Below, one piece after another: positions 40,463-50,100 of a stretch of 64,000 nucleotides of DNA; positions within the stretch are counted from its first letter, which is position 1; each line of letters begins with the position of its first letter. The position numbers and the translations under genes are program-made. Below the pieces are notes generated by a model that worked only from the letters and a program-made list of their open reading frames with translations, had not been told where the DNA came from and made no database searches. This DNA comes from an uncultured Planctomycetota bacterium (GTDB taxonomy: Bacteria; Planctomycetota; Planctomycetia; Isosphaerales; Isosphaeraceae), in the NCBI GenBank assembly GCA_963737655.1, contig CAVTTN010000002.1, positions 1,984,001-2,048,000 of the forward strand, given 5' to 3'.

Positions 40463-41663
40463 ATGGCCCGCGTGTGCCTGATTTTGCCCGTGGTCCCCGG
40501 CGACCCGCGGCCCGAAGGGGCGATCTCCGGTTGGCTCGATGCCCTGGAGCACTCCGGCCATTCCGCGACGGCCATCGTCTCGACCGGCCCGGGGGTCGCG
40601 CCGGCCGCCGAGGATCGGGGGCCGTCGTGGCGGACCGTGACCTCTCCCGACCCGGGCCTCGCCGCCGCCGCCCTGGCCGGGATGAACGCGGCCGACGGCG
40701 ACATCTTCGTGGTCCTGGACCCGAGGATGGGCTATTCCCCGAGCGACCTGCCCCGGATCGTCCAACCCCTGGCCCGGGGCGAGGCGGAGGTCGTCGTCGG
40801 CAGCCGGTTCGGACCGGAGGCGAAGGGCCTCGGGGCCCTCCTCGGCCGGGCTGTCCGGCCGTTCACGGGATCGACCGACCCGCTCTCGGGCCTGATCGGC
40901 CTGACTCGCTCGGCCCGGGACGCGACGCTCGGCCCGTTCGTGGCCGCCGGGGCGAAGTTCGGCGTGGAGGCTCCTGGCCAAGATCCCGGGGCGTCGGGTC
41001 GATGTCCGGGTCGTCCCCAAGGGCCGCACGGCCCGGCCGTGGCCCGGGATGGACGAGGTCCGGCACCTCAAGCGATTGGCCGACCATCGGTTCGGCAACG
41101 CCTCCCGGCTCCTCCAGTTCTGCCTGGTCGGGGCCTCGGGGATGGTCGTGGACCTGTCGTTCTACGCCGCGTTCCAGTGGCTTTTCGGCCGGACGGCCCT
41201 GGCCGGCTACAACGTCCCGCCCACGAAGGTCAGCTTCGCGCTGGCCCTGGCCAGGGCCTCGGCCATCGGCGTGGCCCTGGCCTGGAACTTCTCGCTGAAC
41301 CGCCGCCTGACGTTCAGCTACGCCCGAGGCGGGTCGCTCGCCCGCCAGTTCGCGGTGTACGTGGCGAGCAACCTTCTGGGCGTGATGGTGAGCCTGGCCG
41401 TGAGCCTGGGGCTGCCGAGGAAGGTCGCATTCTTCGCCGCCCACAAGCTCGCGGCGGCCGTCGTCGGGATCGTGATGGCCACCGGGATCAGCTTCTCGAT
41501 GTCTCGCTGGGTCGTCTTCCGCAATCAGGCGACGGACCTCCCGGAGCCTCCTCCGGTCGGCGACCCGCGAGCGGCGGGGTCCGCGATCGCCAAGAAGGCC
41601 CCGGAGGCCGGGCCCCACGGGCGGCCCGACGCCTCCGCTCGGCTGATGACCGCGGATCGCTGA
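40463..41663 (+). CDS. GT2 (DPM1-like) glycosyltransferase fused to a GtrA flippase domain (extra G near 40967)
   Basis: GLAAAALAG, VVVGSRF, TDPLSG. Removing one G gives VELLAKI... in frame with RLLQFCLVGASGMVVDL...WNFSLNRRLTF. Confidence 0.8.
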
Positions 41664-41678
41664 CCGGCGACCGCCGGT

Positions 41679-43022
41679 TCAGAACGGCCCGACGACCGGG
41701 GCGTATCCGGGCAGGCCCAGCGCCTGGTGGATCTGCCCGCAGGTCGCGCCGATCTTGCTCACTTGCTGGATGTTCGGCCCGGTCCGCCCCCGGGCGATCC
41801 GGTTGATCCGCCGGGCCATGCGGCCCCAGGTGGCGTCCACGTCGCGGAACTGGAAGGCCAGGGTGTTGGCGTCGAGCCCCTGGGCGACCTGCTGGCGGAA
41901 GTTCACCGCGTCGGCCTGGAGCCTCCGGGCGTCGGCCAGGAAGAACGCCCCCTGGGGGACGGCCCCGGCCGTCGGGCCGAACACGTTCACGAACGCCGTG
42001 GTCTGCTCGACGAGCTGATCGGCCAGGGCGGCGATGGTGACCGTCGGGGCCGGGGCCGGGGCCGCGACGACCGCCGGGGTCGGATCGCCGACGACGAGAT
42101 TCGCCCCCGGGACGTTCACGCTCACGCCCGTCGGCGTGACGTTGACCCCGGGCGGGATCACCGCCACGGCCGGTTGCGGCGAGCTCAGGCCGAGATTCTG
42201 GTGGAGCAGGACCTCGACCGAGGCGAACGCATCCCAGGCCGCCCGGACCGGGGCCGGGACCGCCTTGGAGGTCACGACCGCCTCGATCCGGTCGGCGATC
42301 GCATCGACCGGGCCGAAGGAGCGGGCCGCCGCGGGGATCGTGGTGTTCGCGGCCAGGGCATCGTTCCAGCCGTCGGCCTCCCGAGCCAGCGCGGCCGAGT
42401 CGGCGACGAGCTCGGCGTTGGCCGCCATCGTCGAGGCGATCGCGCCGGAAAGCGCCTCGGCGCGATCCACCAGGGAGCGGGCGAGCCGTCGCGTCTGGTC
42501 GATCCCGGAGGGCGGGGCGTTGGCCGTGTAGTAGTCCGTCGGCAGGGCATTCAGGCCCATGGCCTGGTGAATCTGACGGTCGATCTGGTCTCCGCGGGAG
42601 GCGTCCCGGTTCAGGGCCGAGGCCGCGTCGCCGGTCTGGGCGATCTGGGCCCGGAGGTTGTGCCACGAGGCGTCGATCCCCGAATAACTCTGGCGGATCT
42701 GAGGGCCCGAGGGGCCCGCCTTCAGGCTCGCGCGGAACTCGTCCAGGGCCTGGCTGAGCTCCTCGGTGACCTGGATCAAATGCTGACCGTTGGGCGTCTG
42801 GCCGAGGTCGGCGGCGATGTCTTCGCCGAGGTCATGGATCCGGGAGGACAGGCGGTGGGTCAGGTCGTCCAGGTCGGCCGCGGCGACCGGCGCGTTCGAC
42901 TGGACGGCCCCGGGCGGGAGCGGGGCCGGCTCGGTTGGAGGAGGCGGGGCGACGGCCTGGCCCCGACCGATCGCCGGGACGATCAGGAGCAGGCCCAGGG
43001 CCAGGTGGAATCGAGCAAGCAT
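41679..43022 (-). CDS. Secreted helical-repeat hypothetical protein
   Basis: ATG after GGAGG; signal peptide; three similar helical bundles (..F..(I/V)DA.W). Confidence 0.75.
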   Translation of the reverse strand: MLARFHLALGLLLIVPAIGRGQAVAPPPPTEPAPLPPGAVQSNAPVAAADLDDLTHRLSSRIHDLGEDIAADLGQTPNGQHLIQVTEELSQALDEFRASLKAGPSGPQIRQSYSGIDASWHNLRAQIAQTGDAASALNRDASRGDQIDRQIHQAMGLNALPTDYYTANAPPSGIDQTRRLARSLVDRAEALSGAIASTMAANAELVADSAALAREADGWNDALAANTTIPAAARSFGPVDAIADRIEAVVTSKAVPAPVRAAWDAFASVEVLLHQNLGLSSPQPAVAVIPPGVNVTPTGVSVNVPGANLVVGDPTPAVVAAPAPAPTVTIAALADQLVEQTTAFVNVFGPTAGAVPQGAFFLADARRLQADAVNFRQQVAQGLDANTLAFQFRDVDATWGRMARRINRIARGRTGPNIQQVSKIGATCGQIHQALGLPGYAPVVGPF

Positions 43023-43258
43023 CGGCGCATCCTCCGGGGGTTCGGTGCGTACCTGGACTGGAACCCCTGCAATCCGGGTGCCTCCTCCGTAGGATGCAGG
43101 AAATGCACCCAGCACGCGAGGGCTGGGCCCCGGATTTCTGGAGCTGTGGATTGGGGCCACCCGAAGCGACTCGATTCTCCGATCGTCTCGATCTCCGGAA
43201 TCTCGAGTCACAGCGCCGAAACGACCGTTCCTTTCCTGCACCCGACGGGGTCCTTCGG

Positions 43259-43621
43259 ATGAGTCAACCTCGCCAGTGGAGCCGGGAGCCGATCACCGGC
43301 TGGGTCTTGCTGGGGATCGCGGCCGTGGTGGGAGTCCCCCTGGCGTGGGAGCTTCATCGGACGATCGGCCTGGGCGCTCCGAGGTTCTGGGAACTCCTCC
43401 GCGATGATCGCTTCTTCGACCTCGCCATGCTCGACTTCTTCCTGACCGCCGGCTGGGCGGCCCTGGTCCTGGTCGAGCGGACGACCCGTCGAGACTGGCG
43501 GTTCTGGCTCTCCCTGGGCGTCTTCTGCGCGATCCCGACGGTGGGGATCGCCCTGTTCCTGATCCTCAAACGACGAGGCCGGGAAGGCGCCGAAGTGCCT
43601 CCCCGGCCGGTCGAGGAATGA
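43259..43621 (+). CDS. Small membrane protein
   Basis: Three hydrophobic helices. Confidence 0.65.
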   Translation: MSQPRQWSREPITGWVLLGIAAVVGVPLAWELHRTIGLGAPRFWELLRDDRFFDLAMLDFFLTAGWAALVLVERTTRRDWRFWLSLGVFCAIPTVGIALFLILKRRGREGAEVPPRPVEE

Positions 43622-43652
43622 GGAGTCGAAGCCGAGCCGAGCCGGGCCGCCA

Positions 43653-45094
43653 TCACGACTGGACGGTGCCGATCACCTTGTTGTTCACCAGGATCGTCCC
43701 CGGGGCGATCGTGGTCCCGGCGGCGACCGTCGAATTGAAGATGTAGGACCGCGCGCCGATGGTCACGTCGGACCCGAGGATCGAGCGATCGACCACCGCG
43801 CCATCGCCGATGTTCACGCGATCGCCGAGCGATCCGTTGATGCCCGCGCCTCCGAGGATCACCACGTCCGATCCGGTCGTCAGGTCGTCGCCGATGGTGA
43901 GCTTGCCTGCGGAGTTGACGGTGGTCGTGGTCGTGGTCGTCCCGGTGGTGGTGGTGGTCGTCCCGGTGCCGGTCGAGCCTCCGGTGGCCACTCCCGGGGC
44001 CGAGTGGATGACGAGGTTCGGCCCGGTGGAGACGATCGAACCGATGGAAATCGGCTGGCCCTGGTCCCCTCGGATCGACGCATGCGAGCCGAGCCGGGCC
44101 CGGACCCCGAACGCCTTCTGGTTGATGATCACGCCGCCGATGATCCGGTCCGGGAACCGGAAGTCATCGACCTCGACGAAATGGCCCCGGTGGTAGATGG
44201 CGAACTGGGGGCCTCGCCGCGAGGGCTCGAACGCGGCGACGGTTGATCCGGCTCCTGGCTCGCGCCCAGGACCGTGTTGAGGGCGCCATTGTACAGGTTC
44301 GGCAGCGTCGTGGGCGACTCGGCCGAGCCGGAGACCCCGGTGGCCGACTGGCCGTGATACACCGAGGCATAGCCCGGACCGAGCAGGGCGGCCTGGGCGA
44401 GGTCGGCCGTGATCAGGCTGGTGTCGTTGGCCGTGACGGGGCGGACCTTGCCGAGAGAGGGGGTCGTGGCCTCGGCCTGGGTCGTCACGTTCGCGCCGGG
44501 CAAGACGTACATGCCGGAGGGGACCGTCACGCCGGGCCCGACCCGGGCCAGGGCCCCGACGATCGCCCCGGGGTCGATCGTGGCGCCGTCGATCACGGCG
44601 TTGGCGCCGATGCCCGTGGCCTTCGCCCCGGTGCCAATCGTGCCGATCACCGCCGGGCCGAGGATCGTCGCCCCGGGGCCGATGTCCGCCAGGTCGCCGA
44701 CGACCAGGCCGGGGATCGTCGGGTCGCCGTTGGGGTTCGCCACCAGGGTGGCGTGGTCCTGGATGTAGGCGTTCGACCCGATCTTCAGGAACGCGGCGGT
44801 GGCGTCGAGCTTGGCATAGGGGGCGATGTAGGTCTTCGTCGCGATGCTGATCCTCTCGCCGTGGAGGACGAAGACCGTGGGGTCGAGGAACGACGCGATG
44901 TTCGTCGTGCTGCCGAACGGCACGACCGGCGTATTGGGCCGCAGAGGGTGATTTTGCGGTCCGGGCTGGGCCAGGACTCCGCTATGGTGGACGGCCAGGG
45001 CGTGGACGGTCGGCGAGGCCGAGAGCACCAGGCGGGCCTCGAATCGATCGACCTCGGGCCGATAGCGCCGGTTCCGACGAGTGAGCGATGGCAT
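43653..45094 (-). CDS. Exported left-handed beta-helix (gamma-carbonic-anhydrase-like fold) protein (frameshift near 44245)
   Basis: DRFEARLVLS export motif; two blocks of hexapeptide repeats (IGSNAYIQD, IGPGATI, IGDGAVV, IGARSYI). Confidence 0.75.
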
Positions 45095-45397
45095 CGGGTC
45101 ATCCCGCAACGGGCGAAGGGTTGGGAAGCGGGCCCCGCCCCGGCTGGGACCCGCGGGACGTCGCGACGTTCGGGGGGAGCCAGGTTCGATTACCAACCTA
45201 ATCCATGATGCTGGGGAAATCCAGGAACCTTGAGCGGGATGGGGGGTCCGGGTCGGAGAGTTGAGCCGGGCGTCCCGATCGTGGCGCACCGGCGGGAAGC
45301 TCGGCCCGGATGGTGTCCAGAATGGGAAGTGAGACGACCGAAGTGGAAGTGATGTGACGTGCTTCGCGTGCCCTCTTCTTGAGCTGGAACCCCTCCC

Positions 45398-45643
45398 ATG
45401 AGCCGTCCTGCGTCGGCCTCTCGCTGGCTGGTCCTCGTCGCGGCGGTCGCGGCCCCGATATTGTCCTCCGGCTGCCAGAGCGCGGGAAATCCCCGGCCTC
45501 CGGGGACGATCCGCCGCGCCCTCCGGCCCAATTTCGCCGAGCCGACCCCGCTGCCGCCCCGCAATTTGACGGTCGGCAGCTACGCGGGGTTCCAGTATCC
45601 GTCGCGCCTGGGAAATGCACCCTCTTCGATCGGTTTGCCGTGA
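45398..45643 (+). CDS. Small lipoprotein
   Basis: Signal peptide with lipobox LSSGC. Confidence 0.55.
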   Translation: MSRPASASRWLVLVAAVAAPILSSGCQSAGNPRPPGTIRRALRPNFAEPTPLPPRNLTVGSYAGFQYPSRLGNAPSSIGLP

Positions 45644-45677
45644 CGGGAATGATCGAAGAGGGTGCATTTCATGGACC

Positions 45678-48600
45678 CTACTTGGATGTCCGAATCTGTT
45701 CGAGCTTGCGTTCGAGCTCGTCGATCCGGGAATCCCGGTCGTTGGCCGGGACGAGATCGGCGTACACTCGGTCGGAATCGGCGGGTGCGACGTTCCGCTT
45801 GTTCCCGGCGTCATCCTGCTCGACCAGGCCCAGGCTCTCGTCCGTCAAGAAATTCTTCATGTGCTCGACGACCTTGACCTTGATCTCGCGGGGGGTCAGG
45901 CCGGCGACGGGGATTTCGCCATAGAACCCGAGGCTGAGCGTTCCGTCGTCGCGGACGACCCGCTCTCCGCTCACGGGCCGACCGGGCAGGGCCTCCAGGA
46001 CCTCGACGACCACGCGGTCTCCGGGCTGGACCGCCCCGGGCTTGCCGGGCCTCTTGCGGGCCTGGGTTTCCGCGTCGGCCACCTTGGCGATCGCGCGTTC
46101 CCCGTCCTCCAGTTCGCCTTTGAGGGAGCGAAGCTTGCGAATGGACTCGCGCAGGGCCTGCTTGGAGCGCTCCAGCCTGTCGATCGCCGCTTTTTTCCGG
46201 GCTTCGAAGAATTCGGACGTGGCGCGACCAGACGCCTCGGGTTGGGCCGGCGGAGTGGCCTCGTCGATCGAAATCAGCTTGTCCGTCAGCTTCAGGACCT
46301 CGGCCTTCCGGGCCTCGACCTCGACCTCCAGCATCTCGACGTCCGCGGCCCTCGATGTCAGGGCGTCGCTCAGCTCCCTCCGCTCCAGGGCGAGCGATTC
46401 GGCCCGTTGCAAGCCGGTCCGCTGGGGCTTCTCCTCGGCCCTGGCGGCGTCCTCCTTTGGGATGCGGCGACGGTAGGCGATCACGACGCTATGGTCGCCC
46501 GGACGGCTGGAGAAATCGCCCGGCGCATTCTGGATGTCGCCGATGGTCCGGGCGATCGTCAGCGAATCCCCTTCGAGCTTGTAGGCCATCCGGTAGTGGA
46601 CCCTGACGCCGCCCTCCAGTTCTCGCTCCAGGTCCAGAACCCGGGGCGACTTCGAGACATCGAGGACGACCTTCCCGGCGTCCAAGGGGCCCCCTCGGCC
46701 CGCCGGATGAACCGATCCCCCCGGATCAAGATCCCTTCCTTCGTCACGCCGGATTCCTGGGACGGAACTTCCGTGATGTCCCGGCCTTCCTTCAGGATCG
46801 AGGTCGGCAGCCAATCCCCCTGGAGGAGCTTCAGTTCGTCGAGGCCGACGGCCGGCGGCGGGGTCGGCGGGGAGGCCCGGCGGCAGACGATCAGGACCCG
46901 GTTCGAGTTCGGGAGGCTGGAGAATTCGGAGGGCGCCCGCGACGGGTCGGAGGTATCCATGCAGAGGGTCAGCGTGTCCCCGTCGATCTTGTAAATCGCC
47001 CGACTGACGCCTGGGCGGAACTCTCCGTCGGTCGTCTCCATGACCTTCGGCGACTTGGAGGCATCGAGGCGAATCCGGCCGAGGTCCGCGATCGTGCCGT
47101 TGGCCGATCGGCTGAACAGCCGGGCGCCCATCACGGTGAGGGACGTCTTGAGAGGCTCCGGGCGGGCCGGGCCGTCGGACGCCTCCTCGCCGTCCTTGAT
47201 GAGCGAGGTCGGCAGCCAGGTCCCCTGGAGCCGTTCCAGGTCGTCGCGGGCCGGGCCGTCGGGCGTGATCGGTGGCTCGGCGGCCGGCTTCGTCGCAGAT
47301 GTCTCGGCGGCTTTTGGGTTGAACGTGGGTGGAATCTGCTTTTGGAAGACTCCGAGGACCGTCGGCGGGTTGGATCTCAAGGTGAAGTCGGTTGGGACCG
47401 TGGTTGGGTCATCGATCCTCAGGGCGATCGTCAGGGTATTTCCCTCAATCTTGTAGATCATCCGAGGCCAGCGTGCGTCGGTTTTTTTCACCCTGTCGCG
47501 CCCTCGTAATTCCAGGACAGAAGGGTTCCTCCCGGGATCGACAAAGGCCTGGTAGTGGTCGGGGAGTCGTCCTCCTGTGTTGTGACCCATCAGGATCCCC
47601 CCCTGGATTGCGAACGCGGCCTTCTGGCGGAATCCTCCCTTCGCCCGCTCCGCCGCGTCAGGTTCCGGGGCCTCGATGAACACTCCCGTCCAGGAGCCTT
47701 CGAGGCGCTCCAGGTCATCTTTTTCCTCCTCCTTCGGCTTCGTCGCGGCCTGGCCGGCGATGGCCTTGATTTCATCCGCCGGGCCGGTGCCTGGCTTTGG
47801 CGCGTCCTGAGGGCCGGTCCGGGCCTTCACGACGGCCGTTCCACCGGCCAAAACTCCCAGGGCGAGCAGGCCGGCGAGGCCCCACTTGGTCAGTTTCTGT
47901 GCGATCATGGCGCGAGAGACCTCCTCCGCCAGGATGGCCGCGCTTGCCGAGCCTGAGCCGGCGGCGACCGTCCCCCCCGCCGCGATGTGGGTCGCGGCCT
48001 TGATGGTTTTGTCACGCAAGGGGGTCGGGACGGCGGCGGACGCCTCGTCGATCAGGCAGGCGGCGATGGTTGCGGAGGTCATGGCGAGCCCCTCGGCGGG
48101 CGAGCCGGTCCCTCAACAGGTCGCGGGCCCGGGCCAATCGGCCCTTCACGGAGCCGATCGGCCACTTCAGGGCCTTGGCCGCCTCGTCGTGGGTCTGGCC
48201 CTGGAGGTAGCACAGGACCACCGGGGCCCGATACTTCTCCGGGAGGCCCGCGACTTCCTCGTGGAGCAGCCGTCGGCCTTCCTGGGCGAGCCGGTCGTCG
48301 GCCGATTTCGAGGGGGCGAACTCGACGACCTCGGGCGAGCTCGTTTCCTTCGCCTTCCTCTTCGTCTCGGCCTTCGCCGATCGGACCGCCACCCGGAACG
48401 CCACCCGATGGAGCCAGGGCCCCAACGTGTCGCGGCCGCGGACGGTCCTCGCCTTCTTCGCCAGCAGGAGGAACGTGGCCTGGAAGGCGTCCTCGGCCAA
48501 ATGGTCATCCCGCAACGTCTTGCGACACACGGAGAGGACCATCGGCCCGTGACGCGCCACCAGGCCCTCGAACGCCGCCTCGTCCCGAGAGACGAGGAAG

Positions 48601-48701
48601 CGGTCGAGCATCTGGGCCTCGGACAGCCCCGAGACCGTCCCCGCCTCATACAGGCGGACCACGTCCCGGGCCGCCGCGCCGAACGTCCCGCTGCTGGCCA
48701 T
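45678..48701 (-). CDS. ECF sigma factor with TM helix, three TIGR03067-like domains, coiled coil and polysaccharide-export-like domain (frameshifts near 48090 and 46690)
   Basis: AFEGLVARHGPMV, AEDAFQATFL, LPEKYR..VVLCYL.G; three copies of (D/E)L..L(E/Q)G.W with YK(I/L)(E/D)G..LT; VQPGD...VRDDGTLSLGFYGEIPVAGLT. Confidence 0.85.
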
Positions 48702-48982
48702 CGGTCGCCGACCTCCCGAAGCGTTGCGTCCCACCGTCATCCCGATCCCGCCAAGAGAGAGGCCGGCTCGGGGTCGGGCGGATACGGGTTTCCGCGATTT
48801 TTTCCCGGGGATCGAGGAGACGACCCATTTTGACCCGTCGGGACGAGGCGCCACAAGGGCCGTTTCACCCTCGGGACGAGGATCGCCGAAAGCCCTCGAC
48901 CAACCCCCTTGACGCCCCCGGCTCATTCTGGTTTCCTGGGTATTCGACAAATGTCCCAGGCACGTCTCGGAACGATTTTGCG

Positions 48983-50050
48983 ATGGCGTCCATCCCGGCT
49001 GGCGGCGGTTCGGTGTCGCTGGAGCACCTGATCGCCCTGAATGATGAGATCGCGGCCCTTTCGCGGGCCGGGATGCCCCTGGAACGGGGCCTCCTGGGCG
49101 TCGGCGGGGACATTCCGGGCCGCCTGGGTGCGATCGTCACGAGCGTCGGCCAGCGGATGGCCGGCGGGGCGAGCTTGCCGCAGGCGGTTTCCGCCGAGGG
49201 CTCGGGCCTTCCGCCCATGTATCGGGCGGTGGTTGAGGCCGGGCTCCGCTCGGGGAGATTGCCGGAGGCCCTGGAGGGCCTGGCCGGGTTCGTCCGAGAT
49301 TACGTCGAGCTTCGCCGGGCCGTCGGGCTGGCCCTGCTCTATCCGCTGATCGTGCTCCTGATCGGCTATGGCCTGTTCGTGGCGGCCGTCGTCGAGTTCA
49401 TCCCCCGATTGGAGGAGGCGTTCGATGGGTTGGGCGTCCGCTTGCCGGGGATGATCCGGGCGATCGGCCATCTCGGGGATTCGGTGGTCTTCTGGGGCCC
49501 GATCGTGCCGGGCCTGGTCGTGATCGGCGGGCTGGGCTGGGTCGCCTCGGGGCGGGCGTCGGCATTGAGGCCGGGTCGGATGGGGCGGGGTCTGGGCTGG
49601 GTCCCCGGAATCCACGGGATTCTTTCCGGGGCGGTCGCCGCGCAGTTCGCCGACTGGCTGGCCCTGCTGATCGAACACGGGGTCCCCCTGCCCGAAGCCC
49701 TGGAACTCGCCGGGGACGCCACGGGCGATCCGAGGCTCTCGGCGGAGGCGCGGTCGCTGGCCGACGGGGCCCGGCGGGGAGAGCCCCTGGAGAGGACGGT
49801 TCGCGAGGCCGGCGGCCTGCCTCCGTTGCTGGCCTGGCTGATCGTCGCGGGCCACGCCCAGGGATCGCTCGCGGTTTCGCTCCGTCATGCGGCCGGGACG
49901 TATCGCCGGAGGGCCCTGCGGCGGGCCTCGGCGATGAAAATCGTCCTGCCCTCGATCTTGCTGGTCGTCCTGGGCGCGTCGGTCACCCTGCTCTACGTGG
50001 TGACGTTGTTCGGGCCCTGGACGAGCTTGCTGTACCGGCTGACGAAATAG
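48983..50050 (+). CDS. Type II secretion system F (GspF/PilC) family protein
   Basis: AGMPLERGL, AGLRSGRLPEAL, ALLYP, second repeat HGVPLPEAL. Confidence 0.88.
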   Translation: MASIPAGGGSVSLEHLIALNDEIAALSRAGMPLERGLLGVGGDIPGRLGAIVTSVGQRMAGGASLPQAVSAEGSGLPPMYRAVVEAGLRSGRLPEALEGLAGFVRDYVELRRAVGLALLYPLIVLLIGYGLFVAAVVEFIPRLEEAFDGLGVRLPGMIRAIGHLGDSVVFWGPIVPGLVVIGGLGWVASGRASALRPGRMGRGLGWVPGIHGILSGAVAAQFADWLALLIEHGVPLPEALELAGDATGDPRLSAEARSLADGARRGEPLERTVREAGGLPPLLAWLIVAGHAQGSLAVSLRHAAGTYRRRALRRASAMKIVLPSILLVVLGASVTLLYVVTLFGPWTSLLYRLTK

Positions 50051-50100
50051 AGAGATCGGCGATCCTCGGCCCGTCTCGGGCCGAACCTGGGGACCATCGG

